Positions 16,878 through 25,378 are shown, numbered from the stretch's first letter. The stretch: DNA of 26,152 nucleotides from a virus (IMGVR_UViG_3300026911_000003:1-26152), one strand, 5' to 3'. Program-made: numbers and translations. The notes: generated by a model from the letters alone, not told the origin.

Positions 16878-17630
16878 GACGAGGCATATAGCCCCGTTGT
16901 GATCTCGCGTAAAGACGCGATGGATCAAGGGTTAAAGCATTACTTTACTGGCGTGCCGTGCCGGAACGGTCATATTTCGAGAATATTGATCTCAAGGAAT
17001 GGTTGCTGTGCTTGTCTTAGCCAACAACAAACAACGCGTCGCTTAAATAATATTGAGAAATATCTTGAACGAGAGCGTTCTTATGAAGCAAAGCATAAGG
17101 AAAAAAGATTAGCTAAGAATAGAAGATACCACAAAGAAAATAAAGAAAAACGCAATGCAGAGTCTCGACGTTGGTATCGAGAGAATACTGAAAAAGCTTT
17201 ATCGGCTTCGGCTGAATATATGAAAATGTATCGTGCGCAGCCCAATTTTAAAGATGACAATCGAAGAAGATGTCTTGATTACAAGGCAAGAAATCCCGAA
17301 AAAATAAAAGAAATAACTCGGGATTGGAATAAGAATAACTCCGCTAAGAAAAAAGCCTATGACCGTGGAAGAGAGGCCCGCAAAAGAGGTAACGGCGGGA
17401 CTCATACGGCCGAGGACATTCAAGACATCTTTAAGCAGCAGCGCGGGAAGTGCGCCATATGCGCGGTTTCGCTTAAGTCCATAAGCTGGCATGTAGACCA
17501 CGTTATTCCGGTTGTTGCTGGGGGCAGCAATGATCGTAGAAATTTGCAGATATTGTGTGCGCCTTGCAATTTGGGCAAGGGCGGGAAAGACCCGATCGAC
17601 GCCATGAGATCACTAGGTAGGCTTCTTTAG
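16872..17630 (+). CDS. Free-standing Zn-binding HNH endonuclease
   Basis: N-terminal YFTGVPCRNGH..CCAC, basic helical repeats, and C-terminal CAIC..HVDHVIP..GGSNDRRNLQILCAPCN; markedly AT-rich. Confidence 0.9.
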   Translation: MVDEAYSPVVISRKDAMDQGLKHYFTGVPCRNGHISRILISRNGCCACLSQQQTTRRLNNIEKYLERERSYEAKHKEKRLAKNRRYHKENKEKRNAESRRWYRENTEKALSASAEYMKMYRAQPNFKDDNRRRCLDYKARNPEKIKEITRDWNKNNSAKKKAYDRGREARKRGNGGTHTAEDIQDIFKQQRGKCAICAVSLKSISWHVDHVIPVVAGGSNDRRNLQILCAPCNLGKGGKDPIDAMRSLGRLL

Positions 17631-17635
17631 AAAAG

Positions 17636-18169
17636 ATGACATCACCATCGCTGGTTAGATCAGCAAAGCCGTCAGACAAATCCGAGGTCTGGCGGCTTTT
17701 TCGTGCATGCTGGGCTGAAAACGGAATGCTGCCAATTTCTGAGCGAAAGGTCGACTACCACATTGATCGATTGCTCGACCCTTCAAACATAGCTTCTGAC
17801 GACGCGGGGCCTCGTGGTCTCATTGGCGTGATAGGCGATCAAAAGTTGGAAGGCGCGATAATGTTGGGTTTTGGGTCGCCCTGGTATTCAGACGAAATAA
17901 CGATGGACGAATATCTAAATTTCGTGGACCCGGATTATCGGGCGTCAGATCACGCGAAGACGTTGATTTCTTATGCCAAACACATGGTCGATCAAATTCG
18001 ACTGACGCACTCCAATCTCAAACTAATAATTGGCGTTCTCTCGACGAAAAGAACGGCGGCGAAAGTGCGGCTTTACGAGCGCCAACTTACGCCTTGCGGG
18101 GTGTTTTTTACGCATCCCAAACCGGACAACATCGAGCCGCCGACCCACCTTTACAGGACTTCCCGATAA
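17636..18169 (+). CDS. GNAT-fold-like protein preceding the ejection genes
   Basis: VRSAKPSD N-terminus, WYS, FVDPDYR (acetyl-CoA motif A-like) and RLYER; position matches small genes ahead of podoviral internal proteins. Confidence 0.6.
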   Translation: MTSPSLVRSAKPSDKSEVWRLFRACWAENGMLPISERKVDYHIDRLLDPSNIASDDAGPRGLIGVIGDQKLEGAIMLGFGSPWYSDEITMDEYLNFVDPDYRASDHAKTLISYAKHMVDQIRLTHSNLKLIIGVLSTKRTAAKVRLYERQLTPCGVFFTHPKPDNIEPPTHLYRTSR

Positions 18170-21067
18170 ATGGGTTCTAAAACGACGCAGCAGACCAGCC
18201 AACAGACCTCCACTCCGGTCAACCAGGCTGCGCTGCAGAACATCTATGGCCAGGTTCAAAGCGCGGCTCAGACGCCCTATACGCCATATGGCGGCGAACT
18301 GACGGCCGGGATCAACGGCCAGCAGACTGCGGGGATTAATACCATAAACTCCGCAGCGAATGCGGCGCAGCCATACTATTCGCAGGCCGGGAGCCTGATC
18401 AACAGCGCCTCCAATCCGCTGACGGCTGCCCAGATTGCGCAGTACCAGAATCCCTACACCCAATCGGTCGTCAACGCGACGCAGGCGCAGTTCAACGATC
18501 AGAACGGCCAGCAGCAAAACTCACTCAAGGGCACGGCGGCGCAGCAGGGAGCCTTGGGCGGCGATCGACAGGCCGTCGCTCAGGCACAATTGGCCGGTCA
18601 ACAGCAGCTTTCTCAGGCTCCCGTTATCGCTAATCTGTACGCAAATTCGTACAACAGCGGCCTCCAGACCGCGGCGCAGCAGTACCAGCAGAATCCCTTG
18701 GCTGCCGCGTCGGCCCTTAGTGGCCTCGGCACCAGCGCCGAAAACGCTGGCCTGGCAGGAGGCTCGGCTCAGCTCGCGGCCGGCACGCAACAACAGCAGA
18801 CGCAGCAGGCCGCGGATACGGCCAATTATCAACAGTATCTCGCGCAACAGGCGAACCCCTACCAGAACGCGGCGTTCCTCGAGCAGTACGGTCTGCCGGC
18901 GGCCTTGGGACAGGGCTCGACCTCAAGCGGAACGCAAACCACGCAGGGACCGACCAATCTCGCCCAAATTGCCGGTCTGGGCATCGCGGGTGCTGGCCTG
19001 TTCCTGAAGGATGGCGGCCGCGTTGGCTATTACACTGGCGGCGCACCGGGGTATGTGAATTCGCAAGCGGGTTATGTCGACAGCGGCGCGGGCTACATCC
19101 CGACGGGGCAGGCTTCCCAAAATACCCTGCAAGCGCCGCAGCTTCAGTTTATGAAGCCGCAATCTCAATCTTCCACGCCGCTGACGGGCACTGGCAGCTT
19201 TTCCAGTCTCGGATCGTCGCTCAAAAACGACTTTGGCTCCGCTTCATATGGCGGCGGCAATATGTTTTCGGGCGATGAATGGGGTGGCGACAAGAGCAAT
19301 CCCGCTCCTGGGCTGACTGCGGATGATTACGAATACAAGGTCGGCGGCTTGGTCAAGGCGATCCACGGCATTCACAAAGCCATTCGGCGGTCGCGCGGCG
19401 GCGCTGTCTCAACTCCGTTCCAGGCTTACGATGACGGCGGCGATGTATCTTTTGATGACCGCTTTGCTCCTGCGGTTGATAACCCATTTAGCGATATGTC
19501 ACGCGGGCAAGCTATCCGGCATTTGGCGCTTCAAAACGACCCAGCCTTGCAAGACGCCGCACCAACTCTGCCCCCCACAAACCCGCCAGACGCCGTAATC
19601 AACCCGGACAATCCGTTCAGGATGCCTGATCAACCCTCGGTTCAGGCGTGGCGCGACGGCGTTGACCAGCCTAATCCGGCTATCGTGGCAGACTCGGGAA
19701 TGCCGAATGCGCAGGGCACGGCACCCAACCCAATGGTGGCGCAATCGAGCCCGCAAGGTGGGTTGCCGCCCCAAATCACAAACCCTGATAGCGCAGACGA
19801 ACAGCCGTCCTCGGCTCTTGGCTACGCATCTAACCCCATGACCGCCGGTCAGCCCGGCCCCATGGGGGCGAATGGTCTTCCGACTGTCGTTGCGCCCGTA
19901 GAGAAGCCCGAGGAACAGCATTTTGGTCACTCGCTGTTCGGGGCCAACATCTCCGATAAAACGCGCCAGGCGCTTGTTGCGGCCGGCCTGGGCATCATGG
20001 CAAGCCGTTCCCCATTTGCAGGCGTCGCTTTGGGCGAGGGCGGCTTGCAGGGCCTCAAAAGCTACGCCGAGTCGAATAAGGCAGAGCAGGAGGCTCAGGA
20101 CAAGGCGATCTCGCAGGCGAACGAGCAAAAGCGAATTGATTTGCAGGCGAAGCAGATTGCTCAGAGCGCGGCTCAGTTTGCAAAGACGAATTCGCTCGCT
20201 GAACGACGGGAAAAGTTCGCTGAGGACAAAACCCCGGCTGGATACCGCCAGAAGGAAGATGGATCGTATGAAGCCATCCCGGGCGGTCCCGCAGACCCCG
20301 CTGTAATCAAGGCTGGTGCGGAGGCCAAGCGCACGGCCAACGCTGTTTTGGACGATGACACGATCCACGACATGGCCGACCAGTATCTGGCGGGCGACCG
20401 AACGGTTATGCAAAACCTGGGCCGTGGTGCTCAAGGGGCGGAAAATATCGTCAAGCTTCGGCAGGCGATCGCGCAGCATGCACGCGATCAAAACATCGAC
20501 CCTAAAGGCATTGTCAACCAATTCAACGAGCAGGCTGGCGCTCTGGCTGGTCAGCGAACCGTTGGGGCGAGGGCTGCGAATATCAGCCTGGCAGCGAACG
20601 AAGCCAACAACATGATTCCGATCGCGCTCGAGGCGTCGGACAAGTTGCCGCGTTCGCAGTACATGCCCTGGAACCAGATGGTTCAGGCGGTTCAGAAGGG
20701 ATCCAGCAGTCCCGAGTTGGCCAGCTTTGTGGCAGCGACCAATTCGCTCGTTAACTCCTATGTTCGCGCGGTGTCGCCTTCTGGCGTCCCGACCGACTCC
20801 ATGCGCCAGCATGCCTATGACATGCTCAACGCAGCGCAGGGCCCGGACGCCTACAAGGCGGTTGTGGCAACGATGCAGAAGGAAATGCAGGCCGCTCTAT
20901 CGGCGCCCGGTCAGGTCAAGGCTGAGCTTCGAAAGGGCAATGACGCGACCGCGGCGGGCGGTAGTGGTGCGCCCGCCGCACCGCCTCCTGTGGCCAACAA
21001 ACCAGCCACGGTTATCCAGAATGGCCATACATACACACTCAACCCGACGACGGGTAAGTACGAATGA
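18170..21067 (+). CDS. Large internal virion / DNA ejection protein
   Basis: 965 aa; MGSKTTQQT start, Q/A-rich region with YQNPYTQSVV, Gly-rich hydrophobic segments, Pro-rich linker and helical C-terminal domain. Confidence 0.75.
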   Translation: MGSKTTQQTSQQTSTPVNQAALQNIYGQVQSAAQTPYTPYGGELTAGINGQQTAGINTINSAANAAQPYYSQAGSLINSASNPLTAAQIAQYQNPYTQSVVNATQAQFNDQNGQQQNSLKGTAAQQGALGGDRQAVAQAQLAGQQQLSQAPVIANLYANSYNSGLQTAAQQYQQNPLAAASALSGLGTSAENAGLAGGSAQLAAGTQQQQTQQAADTANYQQYLAQQANPYQNAAFLEQYGLPAALGQGSTSSGTQTTQGPTNLAQIAGLGIAGAGLFLKDGGRVGYYTGGAPGYVNSQAGYVDSGAGYIPTGQASQNTLQAPQLQFMKPQSQSSTPLTGTGSFSSLGSSLKNDFGSASYGGGNMFSGDEWGGDKSNPAPGLTADDYEYKVGGLVKAIHGIHKAIRRSRGGAVSTPFQAYDDGGDVSFDDRFAPAVDNPFSDMSRGQAIRHLALQNDPALQDAAPTLPPTNPPDAVINPDNPFRMPDQPSVQAWRDGVDQPNPAIVADSGMPNAQGTAPNPMVAQSSPQGGLPPQITNPDSADEQPSSALGYASNPMTAGQPGPMGANGLPTVVAPVEKPEEQHFGHSLFGANISDKTRQALVAAGLGIMASRSPFAGVALGEGGLQGLKSYAESNKAEQEAQDKAISQANEQKRIDLQAKQIAQSAAQFAKTNSLAERREKFAEDKTPAGYRQKEDGSYEAIPGGPADPAVIKAGAEAKRTANAVLDDDTIHDMADQYLAGDRTVMQNLGRGAQGAENIVKLRQAIAQHARDQNIDPKGIVNQFNEQAGALAGQRTVGARAANISLAANEANNMIPIALEASDKLPRSQYMPWNQMVQAVQKGSSSPELASFVAATNSLVNSYVRAVSPSGVPTDSMRQHAYDMLNAAQGPDAYKAVVATMQKEMQAALSAPGQVKAELRKGNDATAAGGSGAPAAPPPVANKPATVIQNGHTYTLNPTTGKYE

Positions 21068-23262
21068 AGAAGTTGGCCAAGTCCCTTCTCGTTGCCAAGA
21101 TCAAGGCCCGAGAGAAGGTAAAGCCGCATGTTTGGGGCGGAAAGGCAAAGGGCCTATGGGATCGCAAGAAAGCAGACGGCGGCGAGGTGGCAAAGCCGGC
21201 CTTCGATCCGTCACAGCCGTTTGAGGCCGCGCCAGACGCTAATGCTAAGCCCGCATTTGATCCTTCGCAGCCGTTTGAGGCGGCCGATACCCCAAGCATG
21301 CTTCAATCCGCTGTTCGCGGCGTCGGCAAGGGACTTTCGTTAGGTTTTTCTGATGAACTGAGAGCCATTGACGAGGTTGGAGGCGCCAAGCAGGGCGAGC
21401 CGGGGTCGCTAGTGAATACGGCGACTGGCCTCTACAAATATTGGAGCGGCGATAAGGACGCCGAAAAGACCTACGATGAAGCGGTCGCGCGAGAGCGGGC
21501 CAAAGATGAATCCTATCAGTCGGCCCATCCTTACGCCTCGATGGCAGGTGAGGCTGCGGGCTCCCTAGCGCTCCCAGTCGGGGCAGGCGCTACCGCCGCA
21601 ACATTGCCCGCCAGAATGGCTAGGGGCGCTATTACTGGCGCTGGTGTAGGCGCGGCCTACGGTGCCGGAAATGGCGAAACGCCGATGGAGCGGGCTACTG
21701 GAGCGGCTACAGGGGCAGTCTTGGGTGGGGCGACGGGCGGCCTTGCACCTCCGCTGGTGGAGGGCGCTATTCAGGGTGTCAACGCAGCAGCGCGGCCGGT
21801 CATCAATTCGGCTCGAGGGGCCTTTAATCCTGAGGGCGAGGCCAGTCGGCGTGTGGTTACGGCCCTAAACCGGGATTTTCAGAACGAAGGCCCGCAATTT
21901 ACGCCGGAAGAAACTGCGGTTGCGCGGGCTGCTAATAGCCCTACCGCCGTCATTGATGCCGGCGGAGAAACAACGCGGGCGCTTGCCCGTTCCGCTGCCA
22001 ATACCTCGCCAGAAGCACGCGAGGAATTGGCAGGTTTGGTTCACGATCGTTTCGGGACACAGAACACCCGTACCGCTGATTTCGTTCAGCGGTTGACCGG
22101 AGCGACCGGCGATAATCCGTCCACGACCGAAGCGCTACAGGCTCAGGCACGACGAGCAAATCGTCCGGCTTACGAGAGGGCTTATCAAGACGGTCCGGTC
22201 GTCTGGAATCCAGATATTGAGCAGGTAACACAAGCTCCCGCCGTTCAGGACGCCATCCGGAAAGCAACCCGGAGCGGCGCCAACCGAGCCGCGGCCGATG
22301 GATTCCAACCTGTCAGAAATCCTTTTGAGTTCGACGATACCGGCCATATGTCGTTGCGGACCAACCCAGACGGTAGCCAGGCCATGCCGTCTCTACAGTT
22401 TTGGGATCACGTCAAGCGAAACCTTGATGACCAGGTGAATACCCTGCAGCGAAGCGGCGAGAACTCCGCGGCTCGAGACGTGAACGATCTGCGTCGGCAA
22501 TTAGTCGGGCATCTGGATAATGAGGTGCCATCCTATCAGGCGGCTCGCGCCGGCGCCGCGCAGGCTTTTGGTGCACAGGACGCTCTGGAAGCGGGGTCGA
22601 ATTTTGTCACATCAAAGATGGACAATGCGGAGGCTCGCCGCGCCGTTCAGCGCATGTCGCCGGCCGAGCGCCAGCTTTTCCAACAAGGCTACGCCTCAAC
22701 CCTGATCAACAAAGTCAACGAGGTTGGCGACCGCCGAACAGTGCTGAATACGATTGCTCAGTCGCCGGCTGATCGGGAGCGACTGGAAATTGCTCTCGGT
22801 CCTCAACGAGCGCGCCAGCTAGAAGCATTCTTGCGAGTCGAAGGCATTATGGACCGCGCGAGAACGGCTATCACCGGCAACTCGACAACTGCGCGCCAAT
22901 TAGCCGAGCTGGGATTGGCGGGTGGCGCTTACGGCATTGCCGGTCATGGCGACCTAACAGATCCGAGGGCGGTCGCGACCGGGGCTTTGGTGTGGGGGCT
23001 GACCCATGGGCACAATCGTATCAACGAGAATGTTGCTCGGCGCGTCGGTGAAATGCTGGCCAGTAACGACCCGAACGTGTTGCAGCGTGGCGTTCAGATC
23101 ATCGCTCGGCACGGCAACCTGTTTAACAATCTTCGAGCGATGGACGGTATTGGCTCCAAATCGGGAGCCGGTGCTGCTTCTAAAGGCATTCAAACGCTGC
23201 AGGGACCAATACCCGCCCGCGCCGATGACAAAAAGAAAAAGCCCGCCGGGACTGGGAACTAG
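21064..23262 (+). CDS. Large internal virion / DNA ejection protein
   Basis: 732 aa; GLSLGFSDEL and Gly/Ala-rich hydrophobic stretches, helical body, GNSTTARQ motif; ATGA coupling. Confidence 0.75.
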   Translation: MKKLAKSLLVAKIKAREKVKPHVWGGKAKGLWDRKKADGGEVAKPAFDPSQPFEAAPDANAKPAFDPSQPFEAADTPSMLQSAVRGVGKGLSLGFSDELRAIDEVGGAKQGEPGSLVNTATGLYKYWSGDKDAEKTYDEAVARERAKDESYQSAHPYASMAGEAAGSLALPVGAGATAATLPARMARGAITGAGVGAAYGAGNGETPMERATGAATGAVLGGATGGLAPPLVEGAIQGVNAAARPVINSARGAFNPEGEASRRVVTALNRDFQNEGPQFTPEETAVARAANSPTAVIDAGGETTRALARSAANTSPEAREELAGLVHDRFGTQNTRTADFVQRLTGATGDNPSTTEALQAQARRANRPAYERAYQDGPVVWNPDIEQVTQAPAVQDAIRKATRSGANRAAADGFQPVRNPFEFDDTGHMSLRTNPDGSQAMPSLQFWDHVKRNLDDQVNTLQRSGENSAARDVNDLRRQLVGHLDNEVPSYQAARAGAAQAFGAQDALEAGSNFVTSKMDNAEARRAVQRMSPAERQLFQQGYASTLINKVNEVGDRRTVLNTIAQSPADRERLEIALGPQRARQLEAFLRVEGIMDRARTAITGNSTTARQLAELGLAGGAYGIAGHGDLTDPRAVATGALVWGLTHGHNRINENVARRVGEMLASNDPNVLQRGVQIIARHGNLFNNLRAMDGIGSKSGAGAASKGIQTLQGPIPARADDKKKKPAGTGN
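21190..21285 (+). repeat. Tandem peptide duplication AKPAFDPSQPFEAA x2
   Basis: Identical 14-aa units encoded with synonymous differences. Confidence 0.85.
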
Positions 23263-23307
23263 CAGCCAAACCCCGGCCAGATAAGCCGTCAAAATCAGTC
23301 GAAACAT
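22954..23307 (-). CDS. Putative leaderless antisense membrane protein
   Basis: MFRLILTAYLAGVWLLVPSPGGLFLFVIGAGGYWSL hydrophobic hairpin; TGG-TATATT ends 6 nt before the ATG on the minus strand. Confidence 0.5.
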   Translation of the reverse strand: MFRLILTAYLAGVWLLVPSPGGLFLFVIGAGGYWSLQRLNAFRSSTGSRFGANTVHRSKIVKQVAVPSDDLNATLQHVRVVTGQHFTDAPSNILVDTIVPMGQPPHQSPGRDRPRIC

Positions 23308-23327
23308 TCGCCGAATATACCAATTCC

Positions 23328-23350
23328 AGCCACCTCCGGGTGGCTTTTTT
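23328..23350 (+). terminator. Rho-independent terminator after the ejection genes
   Basis: AGCCACC-TCCG-GGTGGCT followed by TTTTT. Confidence 0.85.
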
Positions 23351-23361
23351 CATGGGGAATC

Positions 23362-24021
23362 ATGGACCAAAACGCCTTCGAAACAGCCCTAAAACTGCTT
23401 TGGCCGCATGGGAATAGCCGCGTTTCCGGGCTGATCGAAGGAACGATAGCGGCTGCGCCGACCGTGTTCGCCAAATACGGGACGACATCGCCGCTCGTGA
23501 TTTGCCACATGATGGCGCAGTTCTCGGAGGAAACGGGCGGCGGAACTGAGCTTGTCGAGAACATGGACTATTCGTCCGCTCGTCTGCTCCAGATTTTCCC
23601 GACCCACTTCACGCATGCCCAAGCACTGGCTCTACAGCACCAGCCCAGGCTGATCGCTGACCACGCCTATGGCGGCCGCATGGGCAACTCACCGTTGCCG
23701 TCTGATGATGGCTGGAGATTTCGGGGGCAGGGGTTCTCGCAACTCACCGGCAAAACGAACTATTCGACCCTGGCCAAAACAACCGGGTTGGATCTGATCA
23801 ATCATCCCGAATTTCTGATTGATCCGGCTTACGCGCTCGAATGCGGCGTCGGTGATTTCATTCTGTGCGGATGTCTTCCCTACGCCGTCAAGGACAGCCT
23901 GCTCGGCGTGTCGTCGATGCTCAACGTCGGGCACTTTACGAGTGATACGAACAAGATCAACGGGTACTCGATGCGTAAAAACTGGCTTGCAATGTGGAAA
24001 CATTCCATGGGGGTCAACTGA
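23362..24021 (+). CDS. Glycoside hydrolase family 19 endolysin
   Basis: HMMAQFSEETGG..LVEN and YGGRMGN..DDGWRFRGQG.SQLTGKTNY are phage GH19 motifs. Confidence 0.9.
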   Translation: MDQNAFETALKLLWPHGNSRVSGLIEGTIAAAPTVFAKYGTTSPLVICHMMAQFSEETGGGTELVENMDYSSARLLQIFPTHFTHAQALALQHQPRLIADHAYGGRMGNSPLPSDDGWRFRGQGFSQLTGKTNYSTLAKTTGLDLINHPEFLIDPAYALECGVGDFILCGCLPYAVKDSLLGVSSMLNVGHFTSDTNKINGYSMRKNWLAMWKHSMGVN

Positions 24022-24131
24022 TGATCGAACTTCTCAGGGCGATTAACGCTGCTGATGCCTGGATCGCTTGTGTAGCACTGGGCTGCGCAACCTTTCTCAC
24101 TGTTTACTTCACTCACAAGGAAGACAAATGA
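24021..24131 (+). CDS. 36-aa single-TM microprotein, not in ORF track
   Basis: MIELLRAINAADAWIACVALGCATFLTVYFTHKEDK*; TGATG and ATGA overlaps with both neighbours. Confidence 0.6.
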   Translation: MIELLRAINAADAWIACVALGCATFLTVYFTHKEDK

Positions 24132-24496
24132 ACATCTCGACGGAAACGGTCGGGCGCCTGCTCGCGTCCGGTCGTGGCTACGCCCAGTACGCGGCTGGCG
24201 TTGCGACCACTCTTGGCCTTTTGAGCGCGGCCAACTCCAAGGCGATCACCGATTCTATCGGCGAGATCGTTACTGGACTTAACCAGGTCATGCACGGAGC
24301 CACCTCACTTTGGCAGGTGGGCGTGATCGTGTTCGGCCCGGCCGTCAGCATCGTCCTTGCTAAATGGTCCAGCAGCACCGCCAAGACCGAAAACCAGGCC
24401 ATCGCAGTTCAGAAGGCAGTCGTTGACCCGAATACTCCGATCACTCCCGCGACCAAAGCCTCCATCGTCGTGGCGGCCAATGAGGTGTCCAAATGA
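24128..24496 (+). CDS. Putative holin (start revised to ATG 24128)
   Basis: AAGGAAG SD; two hydrophobic segments; directly downstream of the endolysin. Confidence 0.55.
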   Translation: MNISTETVGRLLASGRGYAQYAAGVATTLGLLSAANSKAITDSIGEIVTGLNQVMHGATSLWQVGVIVFGPAVSIVLAKWSSSTAKTENQAIAVQKAVVDPNTPITPATKASIVVAANEVSK

Positions 24497-24666
24497 TCAA
24501 CCCGACCGCCGCTCAGCTCAAGGCCGCGTGTACTGCGGCACGGCAAGCCATCCAAGACTACAGCTCATTCGACAGCGCCATGGTGCCGGATGACGCACTC
24601 GAAACCGTCGTCAGCAAGGCCCTTGCTGCCGCCCTCAACGTCCAACCCACGAAGGTGACTAAATGA
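24493..24666 (+). CDS. Small helical protein (57 aa), not in ORF track
   Basis: MINPTAAQLKAACTAARQAIQ...VQPTKVTK*; ATGA overlaps at both ends; good codon usage. Confidence 0.7.
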   Translation: MINPTAAQLKAACTAARQAIQDYSSFDSAMVPDDALETVVSKALAAALNVQPTKVTK

Positions 24667-25061
24667 AGAAGATTAGTGTAACTATTGCCGCAGGCGCGGT
24701 CGCGCTTGCTCTTGGCGGCTGCGCCGGCACCCTGCCGACCTTGAACATCGCCAACTCCGTGAATCTCAATACCATCGAGGGCGTTGTTTCCGGCTACGGC
24801 ATTCTGGCCAACCAGGAAGTGCTGGTTATGGCTCAGCCGCTTTGCAAAACCGGCACGGCACCGAGCATCACCAACGTCTGCGTGAAGCGCTCGCAGAAGC
24901 TGGCCATCCAGAGCTTTGACGCCAAGGCCAATCTGGCGATCAACGCAGCGGTTGCCTTCGTCAAGGCCAATCCGACCGTCGATCCGACCCAGTACATCAC
25001 CGCGGCGACCTCCGCGCTGTCGTCCCTGCAGACCGTTCTTAACGCCGCGAAAGGCAGCTAA
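24663..25061 (+). CDS. Lipoprotein in the lysis cassette
   Basis: MKK, hydrophobic core and LGGC lipobox; two further Cys. Confidence 0.78.
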   Translation: MKKISVTIAAGAVALALGGCAGTLPTLNIANSVNLNTIEGVVSGYGILANQEVLVMAQPLCKTGTAPSITNVCVKRSQKLAIQSFDAKANLAINAAVAFVKANPTVDPTQYITAATSALSSLQTVLNAAKGS

Positions 25062-25063
25062 TC

Positions 25064-25315
25064 ATGGATCCGACCACCATTGCCGGCGCGATTGCTCTGG
25101 CCCAGACCATCGTCAATGCTATCGTCGCGAATGCCCCGGCGATTATTGCGGACTTCAACGCTTCCAAGCCCTATGTCGAAGCGATTGCCGGTATGATCCA
25201 GGGCACGAACGCCACCCAGGACGAGATCGACGCTCTGTTGAACGCGGCCAATATCGCCAGCGCGACGGTTCAGCAGCCGCTGCCGATCGACACCGACGGT
25301 TCGACCGAAGGCTGA
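25064..25315 (+). CDS. Small amphipathic Ala/Ile-rich protein
   Basis: 83 aa, 2 nt after the lipoprotein stop. Confidence 0.7.
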   Translation: MDPTTIAGAIALAQTIVNAIVANAPAIIADFNASKPYVEAIAGMIQGTNATQDEIDALLNAANIASATVQQPLPIDTDGSTEG

Positions 25316-25378
25316 TTTCACCCGTTAGTCTGGAGGCTAACTTACGTAAGACAGCCTCCGGGCAAATGGATTGGTGGA

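Noticed and set aside
3085-17630. Group I/II introns or inteins housing the endonucleases
   Set aside because: Flanking genes look complete on each side, there is too little non-coding sequence for a ribozyme core, and no intein C...HN motifs were seen.
8898-18172. In-frame stop-ATG junctions (8900/8901, 10330/10331, 14043/14044, 18169/18170) as stop-codon recoding or readthrough
   Set aside because: Three use TAA, each downstream ORF has its own typical N-terminus, and genes are full length under code 11. Tight packing explains them.
19499-20812. 437-aa minus-strand ORF and other long antisense ORFs (e.g. 1410-1916, 2212-3126, 6737-7363)
   Set aside because: Shadows of GC-biased + strand genes, with no recognisable motifs or RBS.
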